A stretch of 64,000 bases of DNA from Candidatus Omnitrophota bacterium (GTDB taxonomy: Bacteria; Omnitrophota; Gorgyraeia; Gygaellales; Profunditerraquicolaceae): contig JACQXK010000021.1 of assembly GCA_016208765.1 (NCBI GenBank), positions 8,053 to 72,052 of the forward strand. The letters run 5' to 3'. This document shows positions 18,963 to 28,811 of this stretch, piece after piece (positions within the stretch are counted from its first letter, which is position 1; each line of letters opens with the position of its first letter). The notes under the pieces are model-generated. The model made no database searches and was not told where the DNA came from. It saw only the letters and a program-made list of their open reading frames with translations. A program made the position numbers and the translations under genes.

Positions 18963-20836
18963 GGCTTAATCCGTGGTGGAAATGTAAAGGCAAGTTTTAA
19001 GTTTTCTGATAAATCATGATTATTAAATATCTTGCGTTCAAGGATCTCGATAGTATTTATATTTCTTACTATCCACTCAGAGGCCCTGCCATCATCAACA
19101 GCTTTTCTGTACATGCCTCTGCCGATAAGGTCAGACGATTTATATAGATTTAGTATGTCTTTTGCATAAGGATATACGGGATTATGCCCTGACATTGTCT
19201 CGCTATTTATCAGCAAGCGAGCAAGAACTGCATCTGTTAAACCCCAGCCATGTATAATCCTCTTGGAAAAATGTTCATAATCAGTCTCACACCATATGCC
19301 AATTTCTATGTCATCATATTTAAATTCCGTCTTTTTATTAACTTTTTTAATCTGGTCTCTCATGTCGGTTATATACCCCAAATGGATATGCTGCCCGGCC
19401 TGCATAAGAGATGCTGCTTCCGTTATTTTGACTTTATCAAAAAGCAGTTCTCTTTTAACTTTCTCCTCGGGTATCGAGTTATTATAAGTTGAGCTGAGAA
19501 AAATCGGATGTCTCTTTAGCTGGACAGGGTAAAATGAAAAAAACAAAAGTATAATGACCATCGTTATTGAAGGCACTGCTGATCTGTATTTCGATATATT
19601 AAACTGCTGCATAAAGTTGCCCAGAATGCCTGAGAAAGAACACGTTATAAGGATAAAGGGAAAGGCAAGATAGCGGTAATGGGTCCAGTCCCCGCCGATC
19701 TTAATTACATAAAGCAAAACAGGCAACGCCGTAATGACCATCATCACTCTCTTTGAAAGCTCCAATTCAATGCTTTTCTTTTTTAGAAAATAAATAAAAA
19801 ATAAAAATAGAACTGCTACTTCATAAAAATGATAAGTCCCGAATGTGTCATGAACATAAATAAGCCCCTGCTTTATATTGATCTTATTTTTGTAGTAAAA
19901 CGTGTTAGGAAATATATCGGCATAATAATAAATTCTGAATAAAACCCATGAACCTAAAGAAGTTATCATCAGCAAGACCATCTTTAATGGAAATTTCTTG
20001 TCATGCAGCCAGGTCCACACAGAGCAAAAAACAAAAGGGATGATCAGCTCATGCCTCACTAACGGTGACATAGCCAGCATGACTTGCAGGGTTCTTGATC
20101 CTGGGTTGAGTATGTATAATGCATATGCAACTGCAAGAACCTGAACGATCGACGTCTCCATCCAGGATGAAAAATGACAAAGCACAGCATAATTAAATGT
20201 AAGATACACCAAGGGGAAATTGATGCCGATTACAGGGGGAGAAAGCCTCCTGTCAAGTTTCACCAGCATTAACCAGAATAAAATAAAACTCAGTGTAGTT
20301 ATTAAACGGAAAATATTAGCCCAGTTAGCGCCTGTAGTCCTTAAAAAAGAAGCAAGAATTACCATAAATGGACTGCTCAGCCCATCAACATATTCGCCTT
20401 TATTGTAGACAAGACCATTTCGTAGAAATAACATGTTATCAATGTATCTTAATAAAATATAGGCGTCATCCATCACCCAAAAATACCATTGAATCAGAAA
20501 TAAACCCGCCACCAGGCAACACCACTCTATTGAGTGAATTTTGAGATATTCTCCTTTTTTGTATCTTGAAATGGAAACAAGAAGAAAAATAAAAAAGAAC
20601 ATGGTAACAAACAGGTTTTTTATCACTCCATAAAGCAACCAGTGCGCCTCCTTGTGATAATCTATTACCTGGTTTTCCATCGTTTGGAAAATGCCAAGAT
20701 CATACAGCGTCTTAATAAACTGGCTGCCGTAAAACTTATAAACTGCAAATGTCACAGGAATGCTTACTAATAACACCGCAATAAACAAAAGAGGAAGCTT
20801 GTTATCCCAAATCCATTTATTATTTTTCAATCCCAT
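18959..20836 (-). CDS. Putative GT-C fold membrane glycosyltransferase of the DDxY family, paralog of 1393..3045.
   Basis: 625 aa. The motif DDAYILLRYIDNMLFLRNGLVYNKGEYVDGLSSPF is present. The protein is polytopic with a C-terminal soluble domain. Confidence 0.55.
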   Translation of the reverse strand: MGLKNNKWIWDNKLPLLFIAVLLVSIPVTFAVYKFYGSQFIKTLYDLGIFQTMENQVIDYHKEAHWLLYGVIKNLFVTMFFFIFLLVSISRYKKGEYLKIHSIEWCCLVAGLFLIQWYFWVMDDAYILLRYIDNMLFLRNGLVYNKGEYVDGLSSPFMVILASFLRTTGANWANIFRLITTLSFILFWLMLVKLDRRLSPPVIGINFPLVYLTFNYAVLCHFSSWMETSIVQVLAVAYALYILNPGSRTLQVMLAMSPLVRHELIIPFVFCSVWTWLHDKKFPLKMVLLMITSLGSWVLFRIYYYADIFPNTFYYKNKINIKQGLIYVHDTFGTYHFYEVAVLFLFFIYFLKKKSIELELSKRVMMVITALPVLLYVIKIGGDWTHYRYLAFPFILITCSFSGILGNFMQQFNISKYRSAVPSITMVIILLFFSFYPVQLKRHPIFLSSTYNNSIPEEKVKRELLFDKVKITEAASLMQAGQHIHLGYITDMRDQIKKVNKKTEFKYDDIEIGIWCETDYEHFSKRIIHGWGLTDAVLARLLINSETMSGHNPVYPYAKDILNLYKSSDLIGRGMYRKAVDDGRASEWIVRNINTIEILERKIFNNHDLSENLKLAFTFPPRIKP

Positions 20837-20887
20837 TTTTGTCGCCTACGATCCTCATTCATCGTTTATATTGATGTCAAAAATAAA

Positions 20888-22156
20888 TTAATAACCCTGA
20901 TGACAATAATTGAAGCTCTCGTTCGTCTTATTACTGTAATAGGATAAGAAAGTTTCGGCTATCAGTCTGTTACCATTTTCATTCCAATGCATGTCTCTTT
21001 CAAGAAAATATTCGTCAAGTGTCTTCAATGGGCGATCTTTATTCAACTTCAGAAAGCAAGGAAAATAATTTATAAACCCGATATTCTCTTCTGCCGCGAA
21101 TTTCTTCCAAAATAAAACTTGCCTGGAGTCAAAATCGTTATGAAATATTTGGGCAGGCCATGGATAAACAGCGATTGTCATTTTTATATTGTGTTTCCTT
21201 GCAAGCTCAGCCAGTTTTTCCATGTATAATCTTGATTTCTCTAAGCCCCTCCTGCCAAATTCTTCATACAGTTTGTCATCCAAGCTCCACATACCCCTCT
21301 TTCCTGCAATCATATATTTTGGCATATTTTCATAATCATACACAGGATGCTCTTCCTTTTGCAGTAGAACATCATGAAGCTTATTTAGAAAAAAATAGCT
21401 TATTATGGTGTTATTTTTTAAAAAATACTTCATCCCGTGCTGAGGATCAGCTTGTTGCAAGCCACGTTGCTTGAGATCCGCTTCGTTCTGTCCCAAACAC
21501 ACCTTTTCATTTAGGTAAATGACTGTTTCATCCTCTCCGGAAGTATAACAGTATGCTTCGTCATATATGTCCGACATATCTATAAACACAATGAGTTCGT
21601 TAAACTTAAGCCCTAACTCTTCTATCAAGTGTTTTGTTTTTCTCCAATAGATCATTGGAGAATATGTAGCAACACCGGCATTCAAAACTTCAATATTCTC
21701 CAATAATAATTTGTCAGAAACGATACCCACAAAAGAGTCTTCAAAATTCATACCCACTCCTTCAGTGAAAGAATCTCCAATAAATAGTATTCTATATTTA
21801 TCCGACACAAGCGATGTCTCCTTCACTGAGTTGCTCTTAAAGCCAAGAGAATCTGTAAATAGATTGTACTGCCTATTGTCCCACATCGTTGTCTTCAAAG
21901 AGACAGAAGCCCGGATCTTCAAATCATGATGGTATATCTCGGATGGAATCCTGTATGACTTTTCGGTTGCGGTCAAGTCCTCTATCCAGCGGCGTCTCTT
22001 CTCTTCATACAAAAATTTAGAAAATGGTTCTCCTTTAATGTAGTTAAATGTGATAGCACAAATTACGTCAAGTAGAATAATAATAATTACAAATATTATA
22101 AACGTAAATATCTTCCCGCGTCTTTCAAAGATATTTTTTTGCGTTCCGCTGCTCAT
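20888..22156 (-). CDS. SGNH/GDSL hydrolase-fold protein with an N-terminal TM anchor. Putative glycan O-acetyl esterase or transferase.
   Basis: GDSL block I is FIGDSFTEGVG. Block V is DMHWNENGNRLIAE. The N-terminus has a hydrophobic helix. Confidence 0.7.
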   Translation of the reverse strand: MSSGTQKNIFERRGKIFTFIIFVIIIILLDVICAITFNYIKGEPFSKFLYEEKRRRWIEDLTATEKSYRIPSEIYHHDLKIRASVSLKTTMWDNRQYNLFTDSLGFKSNSVKETSLVSDKYRILFIGDSFTEGVGMNFEDSFVGIVSDKLLLENIEVLNAGVATYSPMIYWRKTKHLIEELGLKFNELIVFIDMSDIYDEAYCYTSGEDETVIYLNEKVCLGQNEADLKQRGLQQADPQHGMKYFLKNNTIISYFFLNKLHDVLLQKEEHPVYDYENMPKYMIAGKRGMWSLDDKLYEEFGRRGLEKSRLYMEKLAELARKHNIKMTIAVYPWPAQIFHNDFDSRQVLFWKKFAAEENIGFINYFPCFLKLNKDRPLKTLDEYFLERDMHWNENGNRLIAETFLSYYSNKTNESFNYCHQGY

Positions 22157-22232
22157 TGTCTTCTTAAGCGTAACATAACTATAATTCTCTCATGATTATG
22201 GTTACGATCAATTCCTCTCATATAGGCTCTGT

Positions 22233-24029
22233 CTAATCCATCCTTAACGACTTCGTGATAACATTAAGTTTAATTTGATTATCATCTTTTATCATTACAA
22301 AATCTAATGCCTCCCTGCTGACAAAAGCAGGTGGCCCGGTATTAATATTGACTTTTTTAACATAGTTGGTTTTAGAGTTCAAGTTTAACCATGACTTAAT
22401 GCTATCAGCGTTAGGCATAACAAAGTTTTTGGGGTAATTTTCTATGTTAATGGTAACGTTATTTGATAATTCCGGCAGGACTTTCAAGATTTTCATCAGA
22501 AACAACTCCCTCTTTCTCATAGAGTCCTTTAACTGTAAGTTAAAATCGATTATGACATAAGAGCACATTAGAACACTCAGTATAAATATTCCCATACCAA
22601 ACAAACGCTTGACAGGCTTCAGATAGGGGGTCTCAAACCATTCAATAAATATGACGGAAAGAATAATACTAAGCGGAACTAATGGATTGTATAGATAGCA
22701 ATACACAAAATTGGAAATAGCTACATATATACAAAGAGGCAGCAATATCCATATAAGTAAAAAAACTTTTAATTTATTCTTGTATAAAACCGGGAAAATA
22801 GATTTACCGCTACTGCCATAGTTGGCAATCACTACCAGAAAAAGGGTAAAGAAAAAAAGCAACGAATAAAATACATTCAGCAAGAAGAGCCTGGTTATCT
22901 CTAAAAAATTGATTAATGGATGCTCCCGTCCCTGCATTAGCCACTTAAAGAACTGCAAAAGTGGTTTCGGCCCTTTACCGTAATATGCATTTTCCGATAT
23001 TTGTTCTATCAACGGGTAGGCAAAAATAGCACATGAACTTAATATAACGACTGCAATTAAAAATATTATTATTAATTTTATACCACGACCGCATAACAAT
23101 ATTTTCTTGTACAACAAAGAAGAAATCAAAAGAGGAATTAGAGGGATAAAATAAACTATTTGTTTGTTATAGAAATAAAATGATTTAAACAAACTGATAG
23201 GATCTATCAAGTAATCGAAATATTTTAGAACAATGATATCATCCGGATTAAGTTTGTACCCATAATATCCACGCGCTGCATGACCCAGAAGGTATTGACG
23301 CCATGAAAAAATTAATATAGTCAATAGAACATAAGGAGCAACTATCTTTAAAGCGCGCACTATTCTGACACCGGCAGATTCCTCATCTGAAAAAATAATT
23401 AAATATACTAAAACCAAAAATGGCAGAATAATAGCCACCTCTTTTGAACCGGACGCCAGAACATAAAAAAATAACGAGGCAATTAGCAGGCCTTTACGAT
23501 AAGTCCTTGATGGAAGATATTTAAGGAAGGATAAAAAAGAAAGCGCTAAGAACAATGTACTTAAAGTATCCTCTCTGGTATCAATCAGAAGCACAGTATA
23601 TCTGTTAGTAGGATGAACAGCAAAAACAATAGCACTGATCCACGCAATTGACCGCCGCCCACCTGTCAGCTTCATCGCGATAAAAAAAACAAGGATGGAA
23701 GTCAATATATGAATAAGCATGTCTGTTAAATGGTAACCAAATGGATTTAGTCCCCATATATAATATTCTAAACTGAAGAATATTCCAGCTACCGGGCGCA
23801 AAAATACACCCTGGAATGAAGTATCTGCTAAAAGTGGTTTGGTGAAAATATTGAAGACATCCTTTAACGACTTAATTTGGTAAAGTTCAATCAATGAAAA
23901 GATATCGGAAGATGTAAAAAAAGAGCTGAGAATGTGCCGAAAGGTAATATAAATAAGCAGGATTACAGATAAAACCATGAAGGCAGTGGTATAAGGTTTA
24001 TTGGAACTTATCTCTTTTTTATCGTTCAT
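22233..24029 (-). CDS. GT-C membrane glycosyltransferase, PMT_2/TMTC-like, paralog 3.
   Basis: 598 aa. The motif WGLNPFGYHLTDMLIHILTSILVFF is present. Confidence 0.7.
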   Translation of the reverse strand: MNDKKEISSNKPYTTAFMVLSVILLIYITFRHILSSFFTSSDIFSLIELYQIKSLKDVFNIFTKPLLADTSFQGVFLRPVAGIFFSLEYYIWGLNPFGYHLTDMLIHILTSILVFFIAMKLTGGRRSIAWISAIVFAVHPTNRYTVLLIDTREDTLSTLFLALSFLSFLKYLPSRTYRKGLLIASLFFYVLASGSKEVAIILPFLVLVYLIIFSDEESAGVRIVRALKIVAPYVLLTILIFSWRQYLLGHAARGYYGYKLNPDDIIVLKYFDYLIDPISLFKSFYFYNKQIVYFIPLIPLLISSLLYKKILLCGRGIKLIIIFLIAVVILSSCAIFAYPLIEQISENAYYGKGPKPLLQFFKWLMQGREHPLINFLEITRLFLLNVFYSLLFFFTLFLVVIANYGSSGKSIFPVLYKNKLKVFLLIWILLPLCIYVAISNFVYCYLYNPLVPLSIILSVIFIEWFETPYLKPVKRLFGMGIFILSVLMCSYVIIDFNLQLKDSMRKRELFLMKILKVLPELSNNVTINIENYPKNFVMPNADSIKSWLNLNSKTNYVKKVNINTGPPAFVSREALDFVMIKDDNQIKLNVITKSLRMD

Positions 24030-24063
24030 ATTAAAATCAGGCCTCTTAACTTAAAGACAGTAA

Positions 24064-25560
24064 TTATCTGGGCGTATAAATAATCTCCGGTCTTGTTCTC
24101 ATACCGGTAACTGAGAAGAAGATATTATCTTTGTCGAAAATGCGCTCATTTTCTATGTAATATTCCTTCATGCCACGAGGGTACCAGGGTTCTGAATCAA
24201 TAATGATAGCGCTGAATTTTCGCTCTTTCATAGCTTGCTTGATTTCTTCAATAAGCTTAGACTTAATATGCGCATGTTTTTCACTACTTGTCGTTAAGAC
24301 ATCCCTCATCCCCATCTGGTGGGCATACCCTTTTTTACCGTTGAAAGAATTCAGATAACCGTGAAATGGAATATAGATCTCACCATCTATTTTAGCCAGT
24401 TTGCCTACGAGATCCCACCCGGCTTCAAGGTCTTCTTTTGATGGAATTTGATTCATGGGATTATAAATCAGAGAACCAAACTGCAATATGCAAACAAAAT
24501 ATAAAATACATTTCATCAAATCCTGTTTTCTCGCAGGCAGTGATTGACTGATCATCGATAGTTTATTTACTCCCAAACCAAACAGGATTGACGTAAAGGC
24601 ATAAGCAGGAAGCAACACATTATAATATCCCCCGCCCCTGTAACGGGAAAACCACGATGCACCAAACATTCCAACCGCGGTCAGAAGGTAAAAGGAAAAC
24701 ATCTGTTTCTTTGATACGTTTGTCAGCGATACTATATAGAATATCGCTATGAAAATCGCAATATAGAACGGCAACACTATATCTTTTATCCAGAAATGCA
24801 TTATTGGTCTTGTATCAAGAGGGGTTGTTTTCGGCAATTCAAACACATAAAAGTTGAACCAGCCATCGGACATATAATTGAATAATACGCTCCCGATGCC
24901 GATAATAGAAGCCAACGGGATTATAAAAAATAAAGCAGAACGCCTGTCTGATAAAATAAAATAAAGCATAATCGGCAAAGAAATCACCAATGCAGTCTGC
25001 TTTGTAAAAAAAGAGATGGAAAAAAATATTGCCGCAACGACGCGCGAAGCCGGGGAAGTTCTGCATTTCAACAGGTAAATCCCAACAAGCAAGCTAAAGA
25101 GAAAAAAAGAATCAACACGTCCGATATCAAACCATGAACCGCTTAATTGGAATGTAGCAGCGAATAAACAAGATGCCAGCATCGCTGATAAATTGTCCTT
25201 TGTTTCATGATTTACCATAAGGTAAATCATAATGAATGAACCTATCGAGGACACAAAAGAAATTATTCTAAGCGGAAGAAATCCGACACCGAGGATCTTG
25301 GACATAACGGCCGAGATATAAAAGAATAATGGCGTATAAATAGACGGTACAAATTCCAATGAAGGTGCTACATAATAGTTATGATTTGAAAGGACCCATC
25401 TTACATGTTCCAAAGATGCGCCTTCCTCCCATTCCAGTTCAAACGGATATTGTATACGAAAAAACACCATAATAAGGTAAGCAGCAATATATAATATCCC
25501 CCCTGCTAATAGAGTATATTTTAAAAATTTTGCTAACCGGTCCAAGGAATTACTTTCCAT
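24064..25560 (-). CDS. Polytopic membrane protein of the YPFELEW family, paralog 2.
   Basis: 498 aa. It carries the region IQYPFELEWEEGASLE...APSLEFVPSIYTPLFFYISAV. Confidence 0.6.
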   Translation of the reverse strand: MESNSLDRLAKFLKYTLLAGGILYIAAYLIMVFFRIQYPFELEWEEGASLEHVRWVLSNHNYYVAPSLEFVPSIYTPLFFYISAVMSKILGVGFLPLRIISFVSSIGSFIMIYLMVNHETKDNLSAMLASCLFAATFQLSGSWFDIGRVDSFFLFSLLVGIYLLKCRTSPASRVVAAIFFSISFFTKQTALVISLPIMLYFILSDRRSALFFIIPLASIIGIGSVLFNYMSDGWFNFYVFELPKTTPLDTRPIMHFWIKDIVLPFYIAIFIAIFYIVSLTNVSKKQMFSFYLLTAVGMFGASWFSRYRGGGYYNVLLPAYAFTSILFGLGVNKLSMISQSLPARKQDLMKCILYFVCILQFGSLIYNPMNQIPSKEDLEAGWDLVGKLAKIDGEIYIPFHGYLNSFNGKKGYAHQMGMRDVLTTSSEKHAHIKSKLIEEIKQAMKERKFSAIIIDSEPWYPRGMKEYYIENERIFDKDNIFFSVTGMRTRPEIIYTPR

Positions 25561-25601
25561 ATCTGTATGAAATCCTTATTTGTGTTAACGGGATATTTTG
25601 A

Positions 25602-27578
25602 TCAGTATGCATTAGATCGCTTAATGCTTTTATTTGCACGGGAGAGTTCATTTTCAATTAACGCAGCGAGACGCTGCGCTATTTGAGGTTCCTCCTTCGA
25701 TATATCTCTTGTTTCATTAGTATCAGACTTGAGGTCAAAAAGAAGTGATTTATTCTTCTCCAGATAATTAACAAGCTTATAGCCTCCGTCCCAGACAGCT
25801 ATTGTGCCTTTATCGATAAAATAATTTCCAAGGATGCGGTTCTTCATCAATTGCATGGAAAATACCGGCCTCGGCTCATGCGTCTTGCCCTCAAGTACCG
25901 GAACCAATGAACGCCCTTCCATCCATTCTGGGACAGGGATATCTGCGAGCTCAAGAATAGTTGGAGCTATGTCTATTTGCTCTACAGGCATTTCTGCAGT
26001 CAGGGTCTTGGTTGTCCGTGGTGTCTTTATCACCAGAGGAACACGGACCAGAGATTCGTAAAGCTCAAACTCGCCATGGCTCACATATCCATTTGAAAAG
26101 CTCTCACCATGATCTGAAGTGAAAATAATAACCGTGTTGGACATGTCGGTTTTTTCACTGAGCCGTTCCATAAATATTTTAAATTCATTGTCTGCATCGA
26201 GAATAAACTCATCATACCGTTTTCTTAGAATATTCACCTTTCTCTGGGTGTCCGGTTTGTAATATGTCCCAATCAAGCTGCTGTTGATCTGTTTTTCGGG
26301 TGTATTCAATTCTTCTGCATCTCCGAATGCGCCCATATAAGTGGCACGGGGGTTATAAGGGAAATGAGGCGGATAAACATGTATGTATGCAAAGAACGGC
26401 TGTTCAGTCTTGCCGGCAATGACATCAAGAAAGCGGTTATACACCGTCTCAGGCCGTATTGAAGTTATATAGTAAGGGAAGCGAAAGAGCTTTATATTAA
26501 AAGGAGAAACAAGCGGGTTATCTATGAAAATCCATTTTGCTACAATAGGTCTTTTGAGATAAAATTCCACGCTCTTGTCAATCAGCCACGTCGGTGATAT
26601 CCAAAATGTGTCTACCTCATCTCTTATAATAAATGCATCTTTCATTCCCAAAGTCTTCGGATGCGCATAGTTATTTTGCGCAAAACCATATACAGCATAA
26701 CCATGCTCTCTTAAGATATCAGGCAAATTGTTTTTATAAAAACTGACGGGATGATTCTCCGCCAGATACCATACCCTGTGTGTCCATGGTCTTTGGCCCG
26801 TCAGGATGCTCATGGTTGAAGGAGTGGTCCAGTTAGATGTTGAATACGCGCGGTTAAAAACAATGGCGTCCTTTGCCCATTCAGCTATAAATGGTGTTGT
26901 AGGACGGTGGTAGCCGTATAACTGCATATCAAGTGCGGTCAAGGCATCCATTACAACAACTATAATATTAGGGCGCTTATTATTGCCGATAAATACTCCC
27001 TGAGCAGTTTTAGTTGATGGTTGAGAATGATATCCTGCCTTTGAATCAGAGGTGCTTTTTTTAATCATGGAAAAAGGGACGGCAAGAATTAACAGAACGG
27101 TAAAGATCCAGAACAGCGGGGCAATCCTTATGTCTATTCCAACAAGGGCTTTTTCAAAATTTATATACTTACTTGCCAACCAGAAGAGCACAAGAACAAG
27201 TAACCCGGATGAGATTAAAAACAAATAATAATTTATACCGATAGAATCGCTTATCGAAATATCCAGGAAAGTCTTTTTTAGGATGAACGCTATTATACCC
27301 AGTAAAAAATAAATCAGAACTTGCTCAAAACAATTTATCTTCAAATATCTTAGAGACACTTTTGACAAACCATAGGTGACTATCCAAAAAAGAAATGCAG
27401 CTATAACTCCAAGCAATGTCCATAAAATGAATGATAAAGACAAATCAGGCAGGAAATCTTTAAAGCCCATATAATAGGAATATCCGTCCCACTTGTAAAA
27501 AGCATCCCTTATAAACATCAGGGAAAATAAAATAAAAAATATCCTCAATGTTACAACTAAAGATTTTTTAGCTGACAT
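25602..27578 (-). CDS. Membrane-anchored sulfatase/alkaline-phosphatase superfamily protein (LtaS/EptA/OpgB-like), paralog 1.
   Basis: The N-terminus has about 5 TM helices. The C-terminal domain carries NIIVVVMDALTALD (metal-site motif) and TSDHGESFSNG (sulfatase DHGE motif). 658 aa. Confidence 0.8.
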   Translation of the reverse strand: MSAKKSLVVTLRIFFILFSLMFIRDAFYKWDGYSYYMGFKDFLPDLSLSFILWTLLGVIAAFLFWIVTYGLSKVSLRYLKINCFEQVLIYFLLGIIAFILKKTFLDISISDSIGINYYLFLISSGLLVLVLFWLASKYINFEKALVGIDIRIAPLFWIFTVLLILAVPFSMIKKSTSDSKAGYHSQPSTKTAQGVFIGNNKRPNIIVVVMDALTALDMQLYGYHRPTTPFIAEWAKDAIVFNRAYSTSNWTTPSTMSILTGQRPWTHRVWYLAENHPVSFYKNNLPDILREHGYAVYGFAQNNYAHPKTLGMKDAFIIRDEVDTFWISPTWLIDKSVEFYLKRPIVAKWIFIDNPLVSPFNIKLFRFPYYITSIRPETVYNRFLDVIAGKTEQPFFAYIHVYPPHFPYNPRATYMGAFGDAEELNTPEKQINSSLIGTYYKPDTQRKVNILRKRYDEFILDADNEFKIFMERLSEKTDMSNTVIIFTSDHGESFSNGYVSHGEFELYESLVRVPLVIKTPRTTKTLTAEMPVEQIDIAPTILELADIPVPEWMEGRSLVPVLEGKTHEPRPVFSMQLMKNRILGNYFIDKGTIAVWDGGYKLVNYLEKNKSLLFDLKSDTNETRDISKEEPQIAQRLAALIENELSRANKSIKRSNAY

Positions 27579-27593
27579 AATTAGAATCTCGAA

Positions 27594-28811
27594 TCAATCA
27601 ACATAAAGAAGTTTTTTAACTCTATGGAAAACGTCCTGCGGCATAATACCTTTCAGACAAGCCCCTTCCTCACAAGGAGTTATTCTATGATTAAAAACAT
27701 TAACGCAAGGAGAGCAAACCAAATTCGGAACAATAACAGTGGTATTTTGGCTTAGCGGCCCATAAAGTAAAGGAGTTTCAGGGCCAAAAAGGATTACTGA
27801 TTTAATTGATGTTAAGGTTGAAAAATGGGCTGGGCCGCTGTCATTTGTTATTAAAAGATCCCCTATACAATACAGAACAAGCAATTCCCTCAGAGATGTA
27901 TGCCCTGCTAAAGAAACGGCATTCCTTATGTGAGAAGCTATTATATCGGCTTTCTCTTTTTCTTTGTGGGCTCCCGTTATTATTATGGAGGAACCGGGGA
28001 ATTCCTCTGCCAGCATCCTGCCGAGTTCAATAAAGTTTTCTTCCTTCCATCTTCTAATGGGCAGCATATCGCTTGCGTTAGGATTTAAGATGATTATCGG
28101 TTTGCTTAATTTCGCTTTTATTAATTTTTCGATTTTTTCTATCAATAATTGCTTTTCTTCTCTGGATGGAGAAAAGGTAGGATGGGCGCTCATTTCTTCA
28201 GGCACATTGAAAATCATAGGACTGTTTCCATGCGGAACATGATTTAATGCCTCCACTAAACTCAAAAAAAATCGCGACGTATGTATGTAAGGGTTATATA
28301 ATAATTTGTGAGTTAGAAGGTCGCCTCTATATGGGCCTTCACAAGTAAATAAATGAAGGCCCACCCTTTTATATGCACCAGACAGGTAAGAAAAAATAGC
28401 TGATGCTCTCGAAAAGAATTCCATATCTATTACAGCGTCTATCTTTTCCTTCCTTATTCTGAAAATAGTTTTTATTGATGAAAAAGAGAATTTCTTTAAA
28501 TCATCGAAGTCAATCTCAAAGACATTGGATGAAGGGATAATATTCAGCACATCCAATATAAAGCGATTCTCCTTAAAAACAGCAAAGTAAACATTTTCTT
28601 TTCCCACCATTTCTACTGCCCTTTTCAGAGCTGAATAAGCCAACACAGTAGATCCCTGCTCCACTAATTTTATAAATAATATTTTAGATATTTTGTTGTT
28701 GTGAATATTATTTTTTTTGAATAAATCAAAAAATCTTTTATGCAAAGTTAGAATAAGGCATATCGGGCGTCCAAAATTTCTATCAATCCAGCAAACGACT
28801 GATGGCTTCAC
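27594..28811 (-). CDS. GT9 family glycosyltransferase (ADP-heptose:LPS heptosyltransferase-like).
   Basis: PIRRWKEENF...LAGHTSLRELLVLYCIGDLLITNDSGPAHFSTLTSIKSVILFGPETP matches the GT9 C-terminal signature. Confidence 0.85.
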   Translation of the reverse strand: MKPSVVCWIDRNFGRPICLILTLHKRFFDLFKKNNIHNNKISKILFIKLVEQGSTVLAYSALKRAVEMVGKENVYFAVFKENRFILDVLNIIPSSNVFEIDFDDLKKFSFSSIKTIFRIRKEKIDAVIDMEFFSRASAIFSYLSGAYKRVGLHLFTCEGPYRGDLLTHKLLYNPYIHTSRFFLSLVEALNHVPHGNSPMIFNVPEEMSAHPTFSPSREEKQLLIEKIEKLIKAKLSKPIIILNPNASDMLPIRRWKEENFIELGRMLAEEFPGSSIIITGAHKEKEKADIIASHIRNAVSLAGHTSLRELLVLYCIGDLLITNDSGPAHFSTLTSIKSVILFGPETPLLYGPLSQNTTVIVPNLVCSPCVNVFNHRITPCEEGACLKGIMPQDVFHRVKKLLYVD

